From Pirellulales bacterium (lineage in GTDB: Bacteria > Planctomycetota > Planctomycetia > Pirellulales > PALSA-1355): a DNA stretch of 64,000 nt. Shown piece by piece: positions 1-10,405 of the stretch. A program made the position numbers and the translations under genes. Location: NCBI GenBank assembly GCA_963733035.1, contig CAVTBU010000006.1:608001-672000 (forward strand), given 5' to 3'. How positions within the stretch are numbered: position 1 is the stretch's first letter; every line of letters starts with the position of its first letter. Below the pieces are notes generated by a model. The model made no database searches and was not told the origin of the DNA. It saw nothing but the letters and a program-made list of their open reading frames with translations.

Positions 1-169
1 GAAGTTGGGCGTGGCACGATGGACTCTCGAGATCATGTGTAGGAACGAGAAGTTGTCAGGGGGTTACGACCCCGCCGCAGTGTAATGGGTGTGGTTTTCA
101 GCAACAATTCGGATGGTTGTCGACTTCAGAGTGCGCCGCTATCGAGTTTCGACCCGTCGACCGAGCCGC

Positions 170-175
170 TATAAT
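170..175 (+). promoter_or_regulatory. Probable sigma70 -10 box upstream of metF
   Basis: Perfect TATAAT about 130 nt upstream of the metF ATG; the -35 match (TTCGAC-like) is weak. Confidence 0.4.
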
Positions 176-305
176 CACGTCCTCTTGGGTGCACACCTTT
201 GAACGTCCGGCATAGGCCAGCGAACGGCCGCAGCCTGATTCCTGCCGCGAAATTGGGCAGACTTAGCCGTCGAATTGAACAATCGAGGTATTTTCGCAGG
301 CCGCC

Positions 306-1187
306 ATGAATCTCTCCCGCTTCTACGAATCCGGCAAGTTTGGCCTGTCATTTGAGCTGTTCCCGCCCAAGACGGAGGCTGGGGACAACGAGCTGTTCGA
401 CCATGTCGGAAGGTTGGTGGAATACCGACCCGACTTCATCACTTGCACCTATGGAGCGGGCGGGTCGACGCGTGCCAAAACGCTCGAAATCGTCGATCAG
501 GTTCAGCGCCGCTTTGGCTGTGAGGTGGCCGCGCATCTGACGTGCGTCGGTTCAACGGTCGATGAATTACGCAGTTTTCTTCGCGAGGCGGCCGAGCGAT
601 CCATCGGCAACATTGTAGCGCTGCGCGGTGATCCACCGCACGGCGAGACAACATTTAAGGCCGTTGCGCGAGGGCTTTCGTACGCCAACGAACTGGTCGC
701 ACTTGTTCGCAGTGAATTTCCCGATTTTGGCGTCGCGGTGGCCGGATACCCGGAAACGCACCGGGAGGCACCGAGCCCGCAGATTGACTTGGAGAATCTC
801 AAGCGCAAAGTCGACGCCGGTGCGGACGTCGTGATCACGCAGTTGTTCTACAACAACGCCGATTTCTTCCACTTTCGCGAACGTTGCGAGCGAGCCGGGA
901 TTCGTGTTCCTATCGTTCCGGGCATCTTGCCCGTCACGAACCTGACTCAGATTCGGCGTATTGCGTCGCTTTGCGGAGCAGTCCTACCAGAGGACTTTCA
1001 GCGGGCTCTTGAAGCGCAGTCTGAGAGCGCCGAAGGGCAATTTGCCGTCGGGGTCGATTTCGCCACCGAGCAGACGCGCGCACTAGTCGAAGCCGGCGTA
1101 CCAGGTTTGCACTTCTACGTGCTGAACAAATCGCCCGCAACTTGCGGTGTGCTGGGAGCGATTTGTCCGCCTCGGGCGCGTGGCTAA
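306..1187 (+). CDS. metF: 5,10-methylenetetrahydrofolate reductase
   Basis: Motifs SFELFPPK, TYGAGG, AHLTC, ALRGDPP, VAGYPE, ITQLF, GLHFY. Confidence 0.96.
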   Translation: MNLSRFYESGKFGLSFELFPPKTEAGDNELFDHVGRLVEYRPDFITCTYGAGGSTRAKTLEIVDQVQRRFGCEVAAHLTCVGSTVDELRSFLREAAERSIGNIVALRGDPPHGETTFKAVARGLSYANELVALVRSEFPDFGVAVAGYPETHREAPSPQIDLENLKRKVDAGADVVITQLFYNNADFFHFRERCERAGIRVPIVPGILPVTNLTQIRRIASLCGAVLPEDFQRALEAQSESAEGQFAVGVDFATEQTRALVEAGVPGLHFYVLNKSPATCGVLGAICPPRARG

Positions 1188-1634
1188 TTCGAACCGCTGG
1201 CCATTGTTTGGCACGCCTCTTGCAGGGAGTGTTCCAGTGCCGCGGGTGGCCACCAAGTTACAGTTGGTTCCTTGGGTTGTGGTTGACGATTGGAATCGAC
1301 TTTGACGGCTACGGTTCCGCCTTCGGCAAACGTCGTGTTGGCTGCCACAGGAACCGACTTGATTCGTAAACCGGAACGTTGGCTCGTGCAGTGAGAGTTT
1401 CTCAACTACTGCCGGGTCGACGCTCGATAGAGAGAACAGGGCACTTGCGCACCAGGAGAGCGACGGCTGGCATTGACCAGTTTTTGGCTTTCGGATATCG
1501 GTTAGTGCCTGAGGCGGTGTTGAGTCACGGAAGACGTCGATAAGACTACGACCGCGCCCCTTTGAATTTACCTCTCGAGAAGGTCGTCGAAACGGTCCTG
1601 AGCCGGCCGCTTATCGACCATTCACAAGGAGGTA

Positions 1635-3071
1635 GTGATGCCCACGCCAAGTCATTTGGCCACCGGCGCCCTCATCCGGTGGAACTCCGCCGCTTGTTTC
1701 GTTGTTGGCGGTCTGGCAACAATCTGGATCGTTGCCGCCGCCTGGGCACTGCGGACTTTTGTCGCGGTCAAATCACACGGCCCCCTGCTGGCGCCGGCTG
1801 CCCTTGTACTCCTCGTGTGTGGGCTGTTGCAGGCGTGGATGCTGTTGCAGTCTATTCAGCGGAACCAACGCGGGCGAAACAACGTTTTCGTTGGGCACGT
1901 CGCCTATTGGCGTCGTCTGGTACTCGGAACGGCGCTGGCCTACTTGGCGGCACTGGCAGTTGGACCGTTGCGGTCTATCGGCTGGGCCTGGTTGGCAGGG
2001 ATTGCTGTCTGGCAAACGATGCTGTTGTTGCCCCTTGCCGCATCACCCCAGGTGACAGAACACTGGCGCCGTTGGACCGAGAAGCGAACGCCACGCTACC
2101 TCTCGTGGCTTGTGTATGCGGCGATGCTTCTGTTGTTCGCGAGCGAAGGAGCCTTGAGGGTCCATCGCCTCATGACCGAAACCGTACTGTTTCCACTTGC
2201 CTCCGCCGAGATGACGCATACCGGCGCGATGCCGGACGCTGCTCTGGCGAAAGATTCTGTCGTTCCACTGGAACGGCTGAAGTCTGGGCGATTTCGAGTC
2301 GCACTTGTCGGTCCGAGCGACGTTCCAGCGGAACAAAGTCTATCGGTCCGGGTGCAACAGAACTTACCTGGTGCGGAGATCGTCACGCTTCCCATTGCCT
2401 TGAACGACTCGAAGCTACGGGTGAGCGACGTGACCGTTGCGGTGGACGCGTCGGGCGCTGACCTGGTGCTGGTGGTGCTCCCGGTTTGCGAAGACTTATC
2501 CCGGGAGCGCGCAGCGACGAACGTGTTTGATTGGCGGCATTTGGAATTGGCCGCCCTGATCGCTGCGGACGCGCCCCTCGAACGTCGAGACGCTCCGATC
2601 GGGAGTAAGGATTTCGAAACGTTTTTGGGACAGGTCGGACCTCAACTCGCTGCTTGTCGCACGCCGCTGAGCGACGTGATGCACGCGCGTTGGCAGCGCA
2701 CCTATGCCACGCTTGACCGCACCATGGCCGGCTGCCGTCAAGCGGACGTGCCCCTGGCCCTAGTCGTCGTGCCGGGCGAGTTCCAACTCAACTCCGGCCT
2801 GCGTGATACGCTGCTACGGAGGAGTGGAGTATCGCCCGATCAATTCGACCCAGATTTGCCGCAACGGCGACTGGCCGGATTTGCCCAGCAGCGAGGATTG
2901 CCGCTGGTCGATTTGCTTCCGCATTTGCGGATTTGCCGCGAAGCCGTTTACCAGCGTCATGCCACGAGTCTCAACGATCGGGGCAATCAAGCTGCGGCTT
3001 CGGCCATTGGAGGTTGGTTGACAAGTCGCTTTGGCGACCGCTTGGCGGCCCAATTGAGCAAGGCTCCGTAA
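1635..3071 (+). CDS. Membrane protein with a degenerate SGNH/AlgX-like C-terminal domain
   Basis: AAGGAGG RBS; about 5 N-terminal hydrophobic segments; C-terminal VVVPGEFQ, PQRRL, LVDLLPHL and LNDRGN resemble SGNH/AlgX-type domains. Confidence 0.6.
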   Translation: MMPTPSHLATGALIRWNSAACFVVGGLATIWIVAAAWALRTFVAVKSHGPLLAPAALVLLVCGLLQAWMLLQSIQRNQRGRNNVFVGHVAYWRRLVLGTALAYLAALAVGPLRSIGWAWLAGIAVWQTMLLLPLAASPQVTEHWRRWTEKRTPRYLSWLVYAAMLLLFASEGALRVHRLMTETVLFPLASAEMTHTGAMPDAALAKDSVVPLERLKSGRFRVALVGPSDVPAEQSLSVRVQQNLPGAEIVTLPIALNDSKLRVSDVTVAVDASGADLVLVVLPVCEDLSRERAATNVFDWRHLELAALIAADAPLERRDAPIGSKDFETFLGQVGPQLAACRTPLSDVMHARWQRTYATLDRTMAGCRQADVPLALVVVPGEFQLNSGLRDTLLRRSGVSPDQFDPDLPQRRLAGFAQQRGLPLVDLLPHLRICREAVYQRHATSLNDRGNQAAASAIGGWLTSRFGDRLAAQLSKAP

Positions 3072-3100
3072 CCCTTGCGCCAAAGTCCAATGACAGAAAC

Positions 3101-3134
3101 AAAAAAGCAGGGAGAGGCGTTCACCTCCCCCTGC
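3101..3134 (-). terminator. Intrinsic terminator after the sigma factor gene
   Basis: Hairpin GCAGGGAGAGG-CGTTCA-CCTCCCCCTGC followed by a T6 run on the minus strand, between convergent genes. Confidence 0.7.
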
Positions 3135-3157
3135 CGGCCTCTTCATCCGTTCCGGGA

Positions 3158-4834
3158 TCAGGCCTCTTGAACGATTTCGACTTGCGGCAATTCCGCCTTT
3201 TCGAGGAAGCCGACTAGACCGCGGCATCGGTAGGGCTGCTGCAGTTTACGAACGGCCTTGGCCTCGATTTGGCGGACGCGTTCACGGGTGACAGAGAAGA
3301 TGCGGCCGACTTCTTCCAGAGTGTAGGCATAGCCGTCGGTCAGGCCGTACCGCATTCGCAGGATTTCCCGCTCGCGGTGATTCAGACTCTGCATCACGTC
3401 GGCCAGCCGGTCCTTGAGCAACTCTTGATTAAAGTCGTACAGCGGATCGTCTTCACGGTGGTCCTCGAGGAATTCGCCGAAATAGCTATCGTCGTGATCT
3501 CCGACGGGCTGATCGAGCGACAGCGGCTGGCGCGACATCTTGAGGATGCAACGTGTGTCTTCGAGCGACAGTCCCGCGGCAGCGGCCGTCTGCTCGACAG
3601 TTGGTTCGCAGCCATTCTGCTGCACCAGCTCCCGCGTTACGGTGCGAACACGAGTCATCGCGTCGATCATGTGCACTGGTACGCGAATCGTGCGACTTTG
3701 ATCGGCGATCGCCCGTGTAATCGCTTGGCGAATCCACCAGGTTGCATAAGTCGAGAACTTGTAGCCGCGGGCACATTCGAATTTGTCGACGGCCCGCATC
3801 AGGCCCGTGTTCCCTTCCTGAATCAAATCAAGAAAGCTGAGTCCCCGATTGCGATATCGCTTGGCGATCGAGACCACCAAACGCAAGTTACCCGCTGAGA
3901 GAACCCGCTTCGCTGCATCATATTCCTTTTGCAAGTTCGCCGTGCGATCGACTCTCCGGATAAGAGTCGCCGGGCTCTCGGCCGTTACTCGCATCAAGTA
4001 ACGCAGTTCGCGATGGAGTTCGTCCTGGCCCGCCGGGTACGCATGTTCGTGGAGTTCCGACATTTGCTCGCGGATCGCCCGCATGCGGCTGGCGATTTCC
4101 CCCAGTTTATCGAGCAGGGGCTGCAAACGTTGCGTTCGCAAATTCAATTCTTCGACGAGTCGCACGGCGCGATGACGGCGACGTACGAGTCGGCGCCAAG
4201 CTTGGCGCCGTTGACCAATCGGATTCTTCTTGTGAATCACGAAGTGGAAGTCGCGCTGGTTTTCATTTAACAGTTTGGCCAGTGTGGCCAGGTTCGGGCC
4301 GAGGCGCTTAAGAATACGTTTCTTCTCTTGCGTGTTGGTCACGGAAACCTCGATCGTGCGATCGAGACGCAATGAGCCGTCGCGAACCTTTTCGAGAAGT
4401 TGGACGGCACCTTGCAGGATGAAGTCGCTCGCCAGCATGTTATGCCGGAATAGGGTCCGAGTCCTTTCGATGGCTAGGGCCGAAGCGAGCTCTTCGGCAC
4501 GGCTGAGCAACGGAATCTCACCCATTTGCATGAGGTACATCCGCACGGGATCGTCGATCACGCTGGATCCGGTGGATAAGTCATCAAGGTGGTCCTCGTG
4601 CTCGCTCGTCTGTTCGGCGGCTTCCAAGTCTTCGTTCTCATCATCCTCGAACGCATCCGCGTTGCGTGCCGAGGTGTCCTCGATTTCTTCGTTGACTTCC
4701 CGTTTGCCGGCCGGCGGCCGTTTTTTGGCTTTTCGCGTGTGGGAATCCGACTCGTCAACTGTCAGCGAACGAACGTTCGAGATGGGCTGCGAGGTGTTCT
4801 TACGAGTCGCTGGCTTGCGGGCTTTCTTGGCCAA
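3158..4834 (-). CDS. RNA polymerase sigma-70 factor, RpoD/SigA family
   Basis: [12 protein letters not shown] (region 1.2), [66 protein letters not shown]...[13 protein letters not shown] start chosen from a GAGGAG RBS; the ORF extends to 4936. Confidence 0.93.
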   Translation of the reverse strand: MAKKARKPATRKNTSQPISNVRSLTVDESDSHTRKAKKRPPAGKREVNEEIEDTSARNADAFEDDENEDLEAAEQTSEHEDHLDDLSTGSSVIDDPVRMYLMQMGEIPLLSRAEELASALAIERTRTLFRHNMLASDFILQGAVQLLEKVRDGSLRLDRTIEVSVTNTQEKKRILKRLGPNLATLAKLLNENQRDFHFVIHKKNPIGQRRQAWRRLVRRRHRAVRLVEELNLRTQRLQPLLDKLGEIASRMRAIREQMSELHEHAYPAGQDELHRELRYLMRVTAESPATLIRRVDRTANLQKEYDAAKRVLSAGNLRLVVSIAKRYRNRGLSFLDLIQEGNTGLMRAVDKFECARGYKFSTYATWWIRQAITRAIADQSRTIRVPVHMIDAMTRVRTVTRELVQQNGCEPTVEQTAAAAGLSLEDTRCILKMSRQPLSLDQPVGDHDDSYFGEFLEDHREDDPLYDFNQELLKDRLADVMQSLNHREREILRMRYGLTDGYAYTLEEVGRIFSVTRERVRQIEAKAVRKLQQPYRCRGLVGFLEKAELPQVEIVQEA

Positions 4835-5310
4835 AACGGGACTCCTCGGTGTCGAACAGGGTTCAGGGATGGGTTCAGCTTCGGCAGGCGGAAAAAGCAG
4901 ATTGGATGCCAACGGACCGCGGACGACTGCGCACATCGATGCAAGTCCTTTTTGTGAAGAGGCTTAAGTCGTGCCAGTGCGAGGCGTGTGGGCCCGGTAC
5001 GACCGCGATGCATGTTGTCTTGTGGCAACGACTGCTGACCCGAGATGTGGTGTTTTGGCAGCAGTTTTCCTCTTGCTCCGGGCGTTGACGTGCGGCTAAT
5101 CGCCACCATTAACTACGCGTCACAAGTAGTTTCGTGCGATTGCGTGTGGACTATTGCCCAGCGATCGACCGGATGTTGCTTTTTTACCCCCCTCCTACAT
5201 GGACCTGGGTCAGGATACATTTTGGGTTTCCTCGCCGCCTCATCCATGATCCGCGGGCTCTTCCGGCATTGGCCGAGTTTTGGCTTGCATCCCTCTGGGA
5301 AATTTCCTTG

Positions 5311-6936
5311 ATGACCATCGATCACACCGCCACTTTGGGCCAACTCGTTCGCCAGTTTGACGAGCAACAACAACAGCTTGCATTGGGGGGCGGAGTCAAA
5401 GCCATCGAACGGCAACGTGCGAAAAAAAGGCTATTCGTCCGCGACCGGATCAAGCTCCTACTCGACCCCGGCACGCCCTGGCTGGAGATTGCGCTGTGGG
5501 CCGGATGGGAAATGTACTCCGAATGGGGTGGTGCCCCCGGAGCGGGCGTAGTGTGCGGCATTGGTACTGTCGAAGGCCGCAAGCACATGGTCATTGCAAA
5601 CGATGCCACCGTGAAAGCCGGCGCGTTTTTTCCGGCAACAACCAAAAAAGTCTTGCGCACTCAACGTATCGCTATGCAGAACCGCTTGCCGCTGGTTTAT
5701 CTTGTCGACTCGGCCGGCGTCTTTCTGCCGCTCCAGGAAGACGTATTTCCCGATGAAGACGATTTCGGCCGTATCTTTCGCAACAATGCCGTTATCTCTG
5801 CGGCGGGCATCAGTCAGATCGCCGCGATCATGGGTAATTGTGTCGCTGGTGGCGGCTATTTGCCGGTCCTCTGTGACAAGCTGCTCATGACGAACGGTTC
5901 CGGCTTGTATTTGGCTGGGCCCGCGCTGGTGAAGAGTGCCATCGGCCAAACCGTTTCGAGCGAGGAACTTGGCGGTGCCGAGATGCACGCCCAGATCAGC
6001 GGGACCATCGACTACCGCGATGCGTCCGACGAGGATTGCCTGACCCGGCTACGCCGACTGGTTGGGCAATCGCGTCCCGATCCGGTTGAACCTCCGGAGC
6101 CATTTACCCGCGGGCAGGCCACACCGCCGGCACGCCCGGGCACCGACATCTACGACATCGTCAGTCCCAACACACGCGACGAATACGAAATGCGCGACGT
6201 ACTCGACTGCCTGATCGATGCCGGCAGCTTCGACGAATACAAGGCCGAATACGGGCAGACGCTGGTCTGCGGCACGGCTCGCATCGGTGGTTTTCCTGTG
6301 GGAATCGTGGCGAATCAGCATCACCGAGTGCGGCCGGCCGACGGGCCCATTCAATTTGGCGGCGTGCTGTATGTCGATAGCGCCGACAAGGCAGCTCGCT
6401 TTATCATGAATTGCAACCAGGATTGGCTACCGATCCTGTTCTTGCAGGACGTCAACGGTTTCATGGTCGGCCGCGATAGCGAACGCGAGGGAATCATCAA
6501 GGCTGGCGCCAAGCTGGTCAACGCGATCAGTAATAGCCGCGTGCCGAAACTTACAGTGTTGATTGGCGGCTCGTACGGGGCCGGCAACTATGCACTCTGT
6601 GGCAAGGCGTTTGATCCACGGTTCATTTTTGCCTGGCCAACGGCTCGCTGCGCCGTGATGGGGGGCGAACAGGCCACTAGCACGCTTCTGGATGTGACGG
6701 TCAAGAGCCTGGAAAGGCAAGGACATGCCGTCGATGCTCAGGAACTGGCGGAGCTGCGCGACAAAGTGAAAGGGAACTACGATCGGGCCACCGACATTCG
6801 CCATGCCGCCGCTCGGGGCTGGGTCGACGCGATCTTGGATCCGGCCAAAACCCGTGACACGCTCATTTTGTCGCTGGAAATAGCAACCCGACATGCCGAA
6901 AATGAACCGTTCAAGGTGGGTGTGTTTCAGGTCTGA
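5311..6936 (+). CDS. Acyl-CoA carboxylase carboxyltransferase subunit (MCC-beta/LiuB/AtuC-like)
   Basis: ANDATVKAGA, YLVDSAG, GNCVAGGGY, LAGPALVK, EELGGAEMH, GGSYGAGNYALCG. Confidence 0.9.
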   Translation: MTIDHTATLGQLVRQFDEQQQQLALGGGVKAIERQRAKKRLFVRDRIKLLLDPGTPWLEIALWAGWEMYSEWGGAPGAGVVCGIGTVEGRKHMVIANDATVKAGAFFPATTKKVLRTQRIAMQNRLPLVYLVDSAGVFLPLQEDVFPDEDDFGRIFRNNAVISAAGISQIAAIMGNCVAGGGYLPVLCDKLLMTNGSGLYLAGPALVKSAIGQTVSSEELGGAEMHAQISGTIDYRDASDEDCLTRLRRLVGQSRPDPVEPPEPFTRGQATPPARPGTDIYDIVSPNTRDEYEMRDVLDCLIDAGSFDEYKAEYGQTLVCGTARIGGFPVGIVANQHHRVRPADGPIQFGGVLYVDSADKAARFIMNCNQDWLPILFLQDVNGFMVGRDSEREGIIKAGAKLVNAISNSRVPKLTVLIGGSYGAGNYALCGKAFDPRFIFAWPTARCAVMGGEQATSTLLDVTVKSLERQGHAVDAQELAELRDKVKGNYDRATDIRHAAARGWVDAILDPAKTRDTLILSLEIATRHAENEPFKVGVFQV

Positions 6937-6980
6937 CATTTTGCGGCCAAACAACGTCAAAAAGGGCAGGGGGCGGACTG

Positions 6981-8348
6981 GTGGCGATTCGGATCGGCAA
7001 CGCGGCCGGATTTTTAGGGGACAACCTTGACGCACCGCGGCTGTTGGCCGAGGCCGGCGAACTTGACTACCTGACGCTCGAATACCTCGCCGAACTGACG
7101 CTTTCGATCCTTGCCCGGGTCCGCGAAAAGAACCCCCAAGCAGGTTATGCGGGTGATTTCCTCGACGTGCTGCGCAGTCTGCTTCCCACGCTCAAAGCGC
7201 AGCCGAAATTCAAGCTCGTGACGAATGCCGGCGGGATGAATCCCGCGGACTGTGCCCGTGCGGCGAGCAAGATCCTGGCCGAGGCTGGGCTCGGCGAGCT
7301 GCCAGTTGGCATCGTTTATGGCGATGACCTATTGGCTCAGCTTCCACATCTACAGATCGCCGGTTGCAAGCTTGAGAATCTGGAGACCGGTGAGCCACTC
7401 GACACCGAAAAGTTGTCGCTCGTTTCAGCCAATGCCTACCTGGGGGCGAAACCCATCGTCGAAGCGCTCGGTGACGGTGCGCGAATCGTCATTACCGGAC
7501 GCGTGGCCGACGCATCGCTGACCCTGGGACCGGCCGTACACGAATTCGGCTGGGATTGGCAGGATTGGAATCGCCTGGCCGCCGCCAGCATCGCGGGCCA
7601 CATTATCGAGTGCGGGGCACAGGCTACCGGCGGCCTCTATCGACATTGGGAAGAATTCGATCTCGCCCACGTCGGCTATCCAATCGCCGAGCTCGAGGCT
7701 GACGGCCAACTAACGATTACCAAGCCGCCCGGCACCGGCGGCCGAGTCACGCGCGAAACAGTGATCGAACAATTGCTTTACGAGATCGGCGATCCAAACC
7801 ACTATTTGACACCTGACGTCGACGCGGATTTCACGTCGCTGGAGGTTATCAATTCCGCGGCAGACCGCGTTGCGGTGGAAAACGCCACCGGCCGTCCCGC
7901 GCCGCCGGCCTACAAGGTTTCGGCGGCGTACCGCAACGGTTTTTCCGCCAGCGGCCAATTACTCGTTTGCGGGCGCGATGCGAAGAGTAAGGCCCGGGCC
8001 TGCGGCGAGATGATTCTAGCACGGCTCCGCACGGCGGGCTTCGAATATGACGAGTCACTTGTCGAGTGCTTAGGCGCGGGTATTTCGGCACCGGGTTTCG
8101 CACCGACCGGAGAGGTCCGTGAGGTAGTGCTGCGCGTGAGCGTGCGAGACGGCCGGCGTGACGCGGTCGAGAGGTTCACCAAGGAAATTGCTCCGCTGAT
8201 CACCAGTGGGCCTCCTGGGTTGGCAGGCTACGCCAGTGGGAGAAGTCCGGTCCGTCCGGTATTTGCCTACTGGCCGACGCTGGTGCCCAAGGAACTCGTG
8301 AATGCACGCGTCGAAGTGCGGGCGGCCAGCGCGTGGGACAAGAATTGA
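6981..8348 (+). CDS. Acyclic terpene utilization AtuA-family protein (DUF1446)
   Basis: IRIGNAAGFLGD, EYLAELT, NAGGMNP, SANAYLG, ITGRVADAS, GHIIECGAQATGG, EQLLYEIGDP, YLTPDV. Confidence 0.9.
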   Translation: MAIRIGNAAGFLGDNLDAPRLLAEAGELDYLTLEYLAELTLSILARVREKNPQAGYAGDFLDVLRSLLPTLKAQPKFKLVTNAGGMNPADCARAASKILAEAGLGELPVGIVYGDDLLAQLPHLQIAGCKLENLETGEPLDTEKLSLVSANAYLGAKPIVEALGDGARIVITGRVADASLTLGPAVHEFGWDWQDWNRLAAASIAGHIIECGAQATGGLYRHWEEFDLAHVGYPIAELEADGQLTITKPPGTGGRVTRETVIEQLLYEIGDPNHYLTPDVDADFTSLEVINSAADRVAVENATGRPAPPAYKVSAAYRNGFSASGQLLVCGRDAKSKARACGEMILARLRTAGFEYDESLVECLGAGISAPGFAPTGEVREVVLRVSVRDGRRDAVERFTKEIAPLITSGPPGLAGYASGRSPVRPVFAYWPTLVPKELVNARVEVRAASAWDKN

Positions 8349-8419
8349 ACGACGACACGCAGACTACAAAACAGTCAATTAGCAGCCTATCGTTTCTAAA
8401 CGGGGTTGGAACAAATAAG

Positions 8420-8776
8420 ATGATCGACCAAACCTTCAGACTTGGCGAAATCGCGCATGCTCGCAGCGGTGACAAGGGAAACCATGCTAACGTGGGAGTC
8501 ATCGCCTATACGTGGGCCGGGTTCGACTACCTCCGCCACGTCCTCACGAGCCAATTAGTCGCCGAGTATTTCGTGTCGTTGGGAGCGACCGAAGTGGTGC
8601 GTTTCGAACTCCCCCGGCTCTCGGCATTTAACTTCATGCTGTACAATGCATTGGCGGGCGGGGCCAGCCAGTCGCTGCGCATCGATACCCAGGGCAAGCT
8701 CCTAGGCACGTCGATTCTAGAACTTCAGATTCCGCGTCCCGATAGCCTGGACATCATGCTACGCCCGGCGGAATAA
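8420..8776 (+). CDS. Small AtuA-related protein (stand-alone AtuA C-terminal-like domain)
   Basis: AHARSGDKGNHANVGVIA and LAGGASQSLRIDTQGK match the C-terminal module of AtuA proteins. Confidence 0.85.
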   Translation: MIDQTFRLGEIAHARSGDKGNHANVGVIAYTWAGFDYLRHVLTSQLVAEYFVSLGATEVVRFELPRLSAFNFMLYNALAGGASQSLRIDTQGKLLGTSILELQIPRPDSLDIMLRPAE

Positions 8777-8805
8777 GGACTCTCTCGTTGTATCTTGCTA
8801 GTTCT

Positions 8806-9588
8806 ATGCAGCCCATCGTCAAAATCCAAGTTCACGACCATACCGGGACGGTAACGCTTAATCGGCCCGACAAACGCAACGCCCTTTCACGCGAATTGCT
8901 GCGCGACTTGCATCAGGCACTCGACGATCTGCATCAGGAGCGCAAGGTTCGCGGCGTCATTCTTACCGGTTCTGGGACCGCCTTTTCGGCCGGCATGGAC
9001 CTTGAGGAAATGCGATCGGCCGCCGAGCAGGAAGATCGCCACGAGCAATGGCGCGCGGATACGGTGCTCTACCACGACTTGGTCGAAGCCATGTTGCGCT
9101 TCCCGAAGCCGTTGATCGCCGCGGTGAACGGCCCGGCCGTTGCCGGCGGCGCCGGATTGGTCATGGCTTGCGATCTGGTTGTCGCCGGTCGTGCGGCCAC
9201 CTTTGGATTCCCCGAACCGCGTCGCGGGATTGTAGCGGGGTTGGTCGCGCCGCTGTTGGCGTTTCGGCTGGGAGCCGCCAGGGCGGCGTACTTGCTGATG
9301 ACGGCGCAGGTATTCACTGCCGAACGAATGCACGAATTCGGCCTCTACCACGAGCTAGCAGATGACGACAAGGTATGGGCTCGGTCTCGCGAGTTGATTG
9401 CGGAGGTGGCCAAGAGCGCGCCCGAGGCGATTCAGATGACTAAGAGAATGCTTAATGAAACGATTGGCGAGACCCTGTTTTCACAGCTCGTGGCCGGCGC
9501 CGCAACCAGCGCCGCATCACGGACGACCGAAGCGGCAGCCGAGGGGCTGGCTGCATTTCTCGATAAGCGCGACCCGCAGTGGTGGTAA
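8806..9588 (+). CDS. Enoyl-CoA hydratase/isomerase (crotonase) family protein
   Basis: TLNRPDKRNAL, FSAGMDL, PKPLIAAVNGPAVAGGAGL, FGFPEPRRG. Confidence 0.9.
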   Translation: MQPIVKIQVHDHTGTVTLNRPDKRNALSRELLRDLHQALDDLHQERKVRGVILTGSGTAFSAGMDLEEMRSAAEQEDRHEQWRADTVLYHDLVEAMLRFPKPLIAAVNGPAVAGGAGLVMACDLVVAGRAATFGFPEPRRGIVAGLVAPLLAFRLGAARAAYLLMTAQVFTAERMHEFGLYHELADDDKVWARSRELIAEVAKSAPEAIQMTKRMLNETIGETLFSQLVAGAATSAASRTTEAAAEGLAAFLDKRDPQWW

Positions 9589-9612
9589 ACAACGCTAGCG
9601 AGTGCGGCGCGA

Positions 9613-10359
9613 CTACCGCATCGCTAAGCAATCGGCGGGAATGAGACGCCCATCGTGAAGGGCCGAGGCTACGAGTACCGCGTCGCAGCCGGCGCGGGCT
9701 AGCGACTCGACGTCGTCCACCGAGCGCACTCCGCCCCCGGCGATAATTTCCAATTGCGGATCGAGGCTGCGCAGATTACGGCACAACAGCTCAGTGCCCA
9801 CGCCGCCGCCCATACCAACCCGAGCCAAGTCGAGCACGATCATTCGGCGCACGCCCACCCGAAGCGCGATCGTGGCGATTTGCTCAGACGACAACCCGTG
9901 CCAAGCGGGGGTGGTCGCTAGGGGAATGCCAGCTTTCATATCGAGACTGAAGATGAGGCGCTGCGGTCCAACGATACGGCAGATGGCATCCAGCGTTTGC
10001 GGCGCGTCGAGCGATTCGAGTCCCGCCACGATTCCCGTCAGCGGCTGACCATCGACAAGCATCGCGGACAGCTCCCGAGCCTCCGCCACACTCCGTAGGC
10101 CCGCGTCTAGCATTAGCTCCAAGCCCAAAAAGGTATCCGGTACCCGTTTCGTAAGTGGTCCTTGATCGCCACGTTCGATGGCATCCAGATCGGCAACGTA
10201 CGCCTGGCTAAAGCCGAGAGTCGCGAAAGCTTGTGCGACGGATCGGGGGCGTGCATCCGCGCAGAGCCGGCTTTCAATGGGTCGATACTCGTCGCGCCTT
10301 CCTCCAACGCCTCGTACGACTTGTCCGTCCTTCAGGTCGATGACTGGAATGACACGCAC
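9613..10359 (-). CDS. HisA/HisF-related TIM-barrel protein (Orf17-like, linked to methanofuran/H4MPT C1 genes)
   Basis: IPVIDLKDGQVVRG..G.R..YRPI, YVADLDAI, FSLDMK, VLDLARVGMGGG, AGGGVR, LVASALHDG; this pattern differs from canonical HisA. Confidence 0.75.
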   Translation of the reverse strand: MRVIPVIDLKDGQVVRGVGGRRDEYRPIESRLCADARPRSVAQAFATLGFSQAYVADLDAIERGDQGPLTKRVPDTFLGLELMLDAGLRSVAEARELSAMLVDGQPLTGIVAGLESLDAPQTLDAICRIVGPQRLIFSLDMKAGIPLATTPAWHGLSSEQIATIALRVGVRRMIVLDLARVGMGGGVGTELLCRNLRSLDPQLEIIAGGGVRSVDDVESLARAGCDAVLVASALHDGRLIPADCLAMR

Positions 10360-10405
10360 GGCAGGTTGGATTCCAACGGAAGTCGCGCTGCACGTTGATG
10401 AGCGC

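Noticed and set aside
1..85. Possible 3' end of a CDS (KLGVARWTLEIMCRNEKLSGGYDPAAV*)
   Set aside because: Too short and no recognisable motif.
1188..1634. Long intergenic region with GGAAC motifs (ECF promoter or sRNA?)
   Set aside because: No convincing spaced -10 element or stable structure seen.
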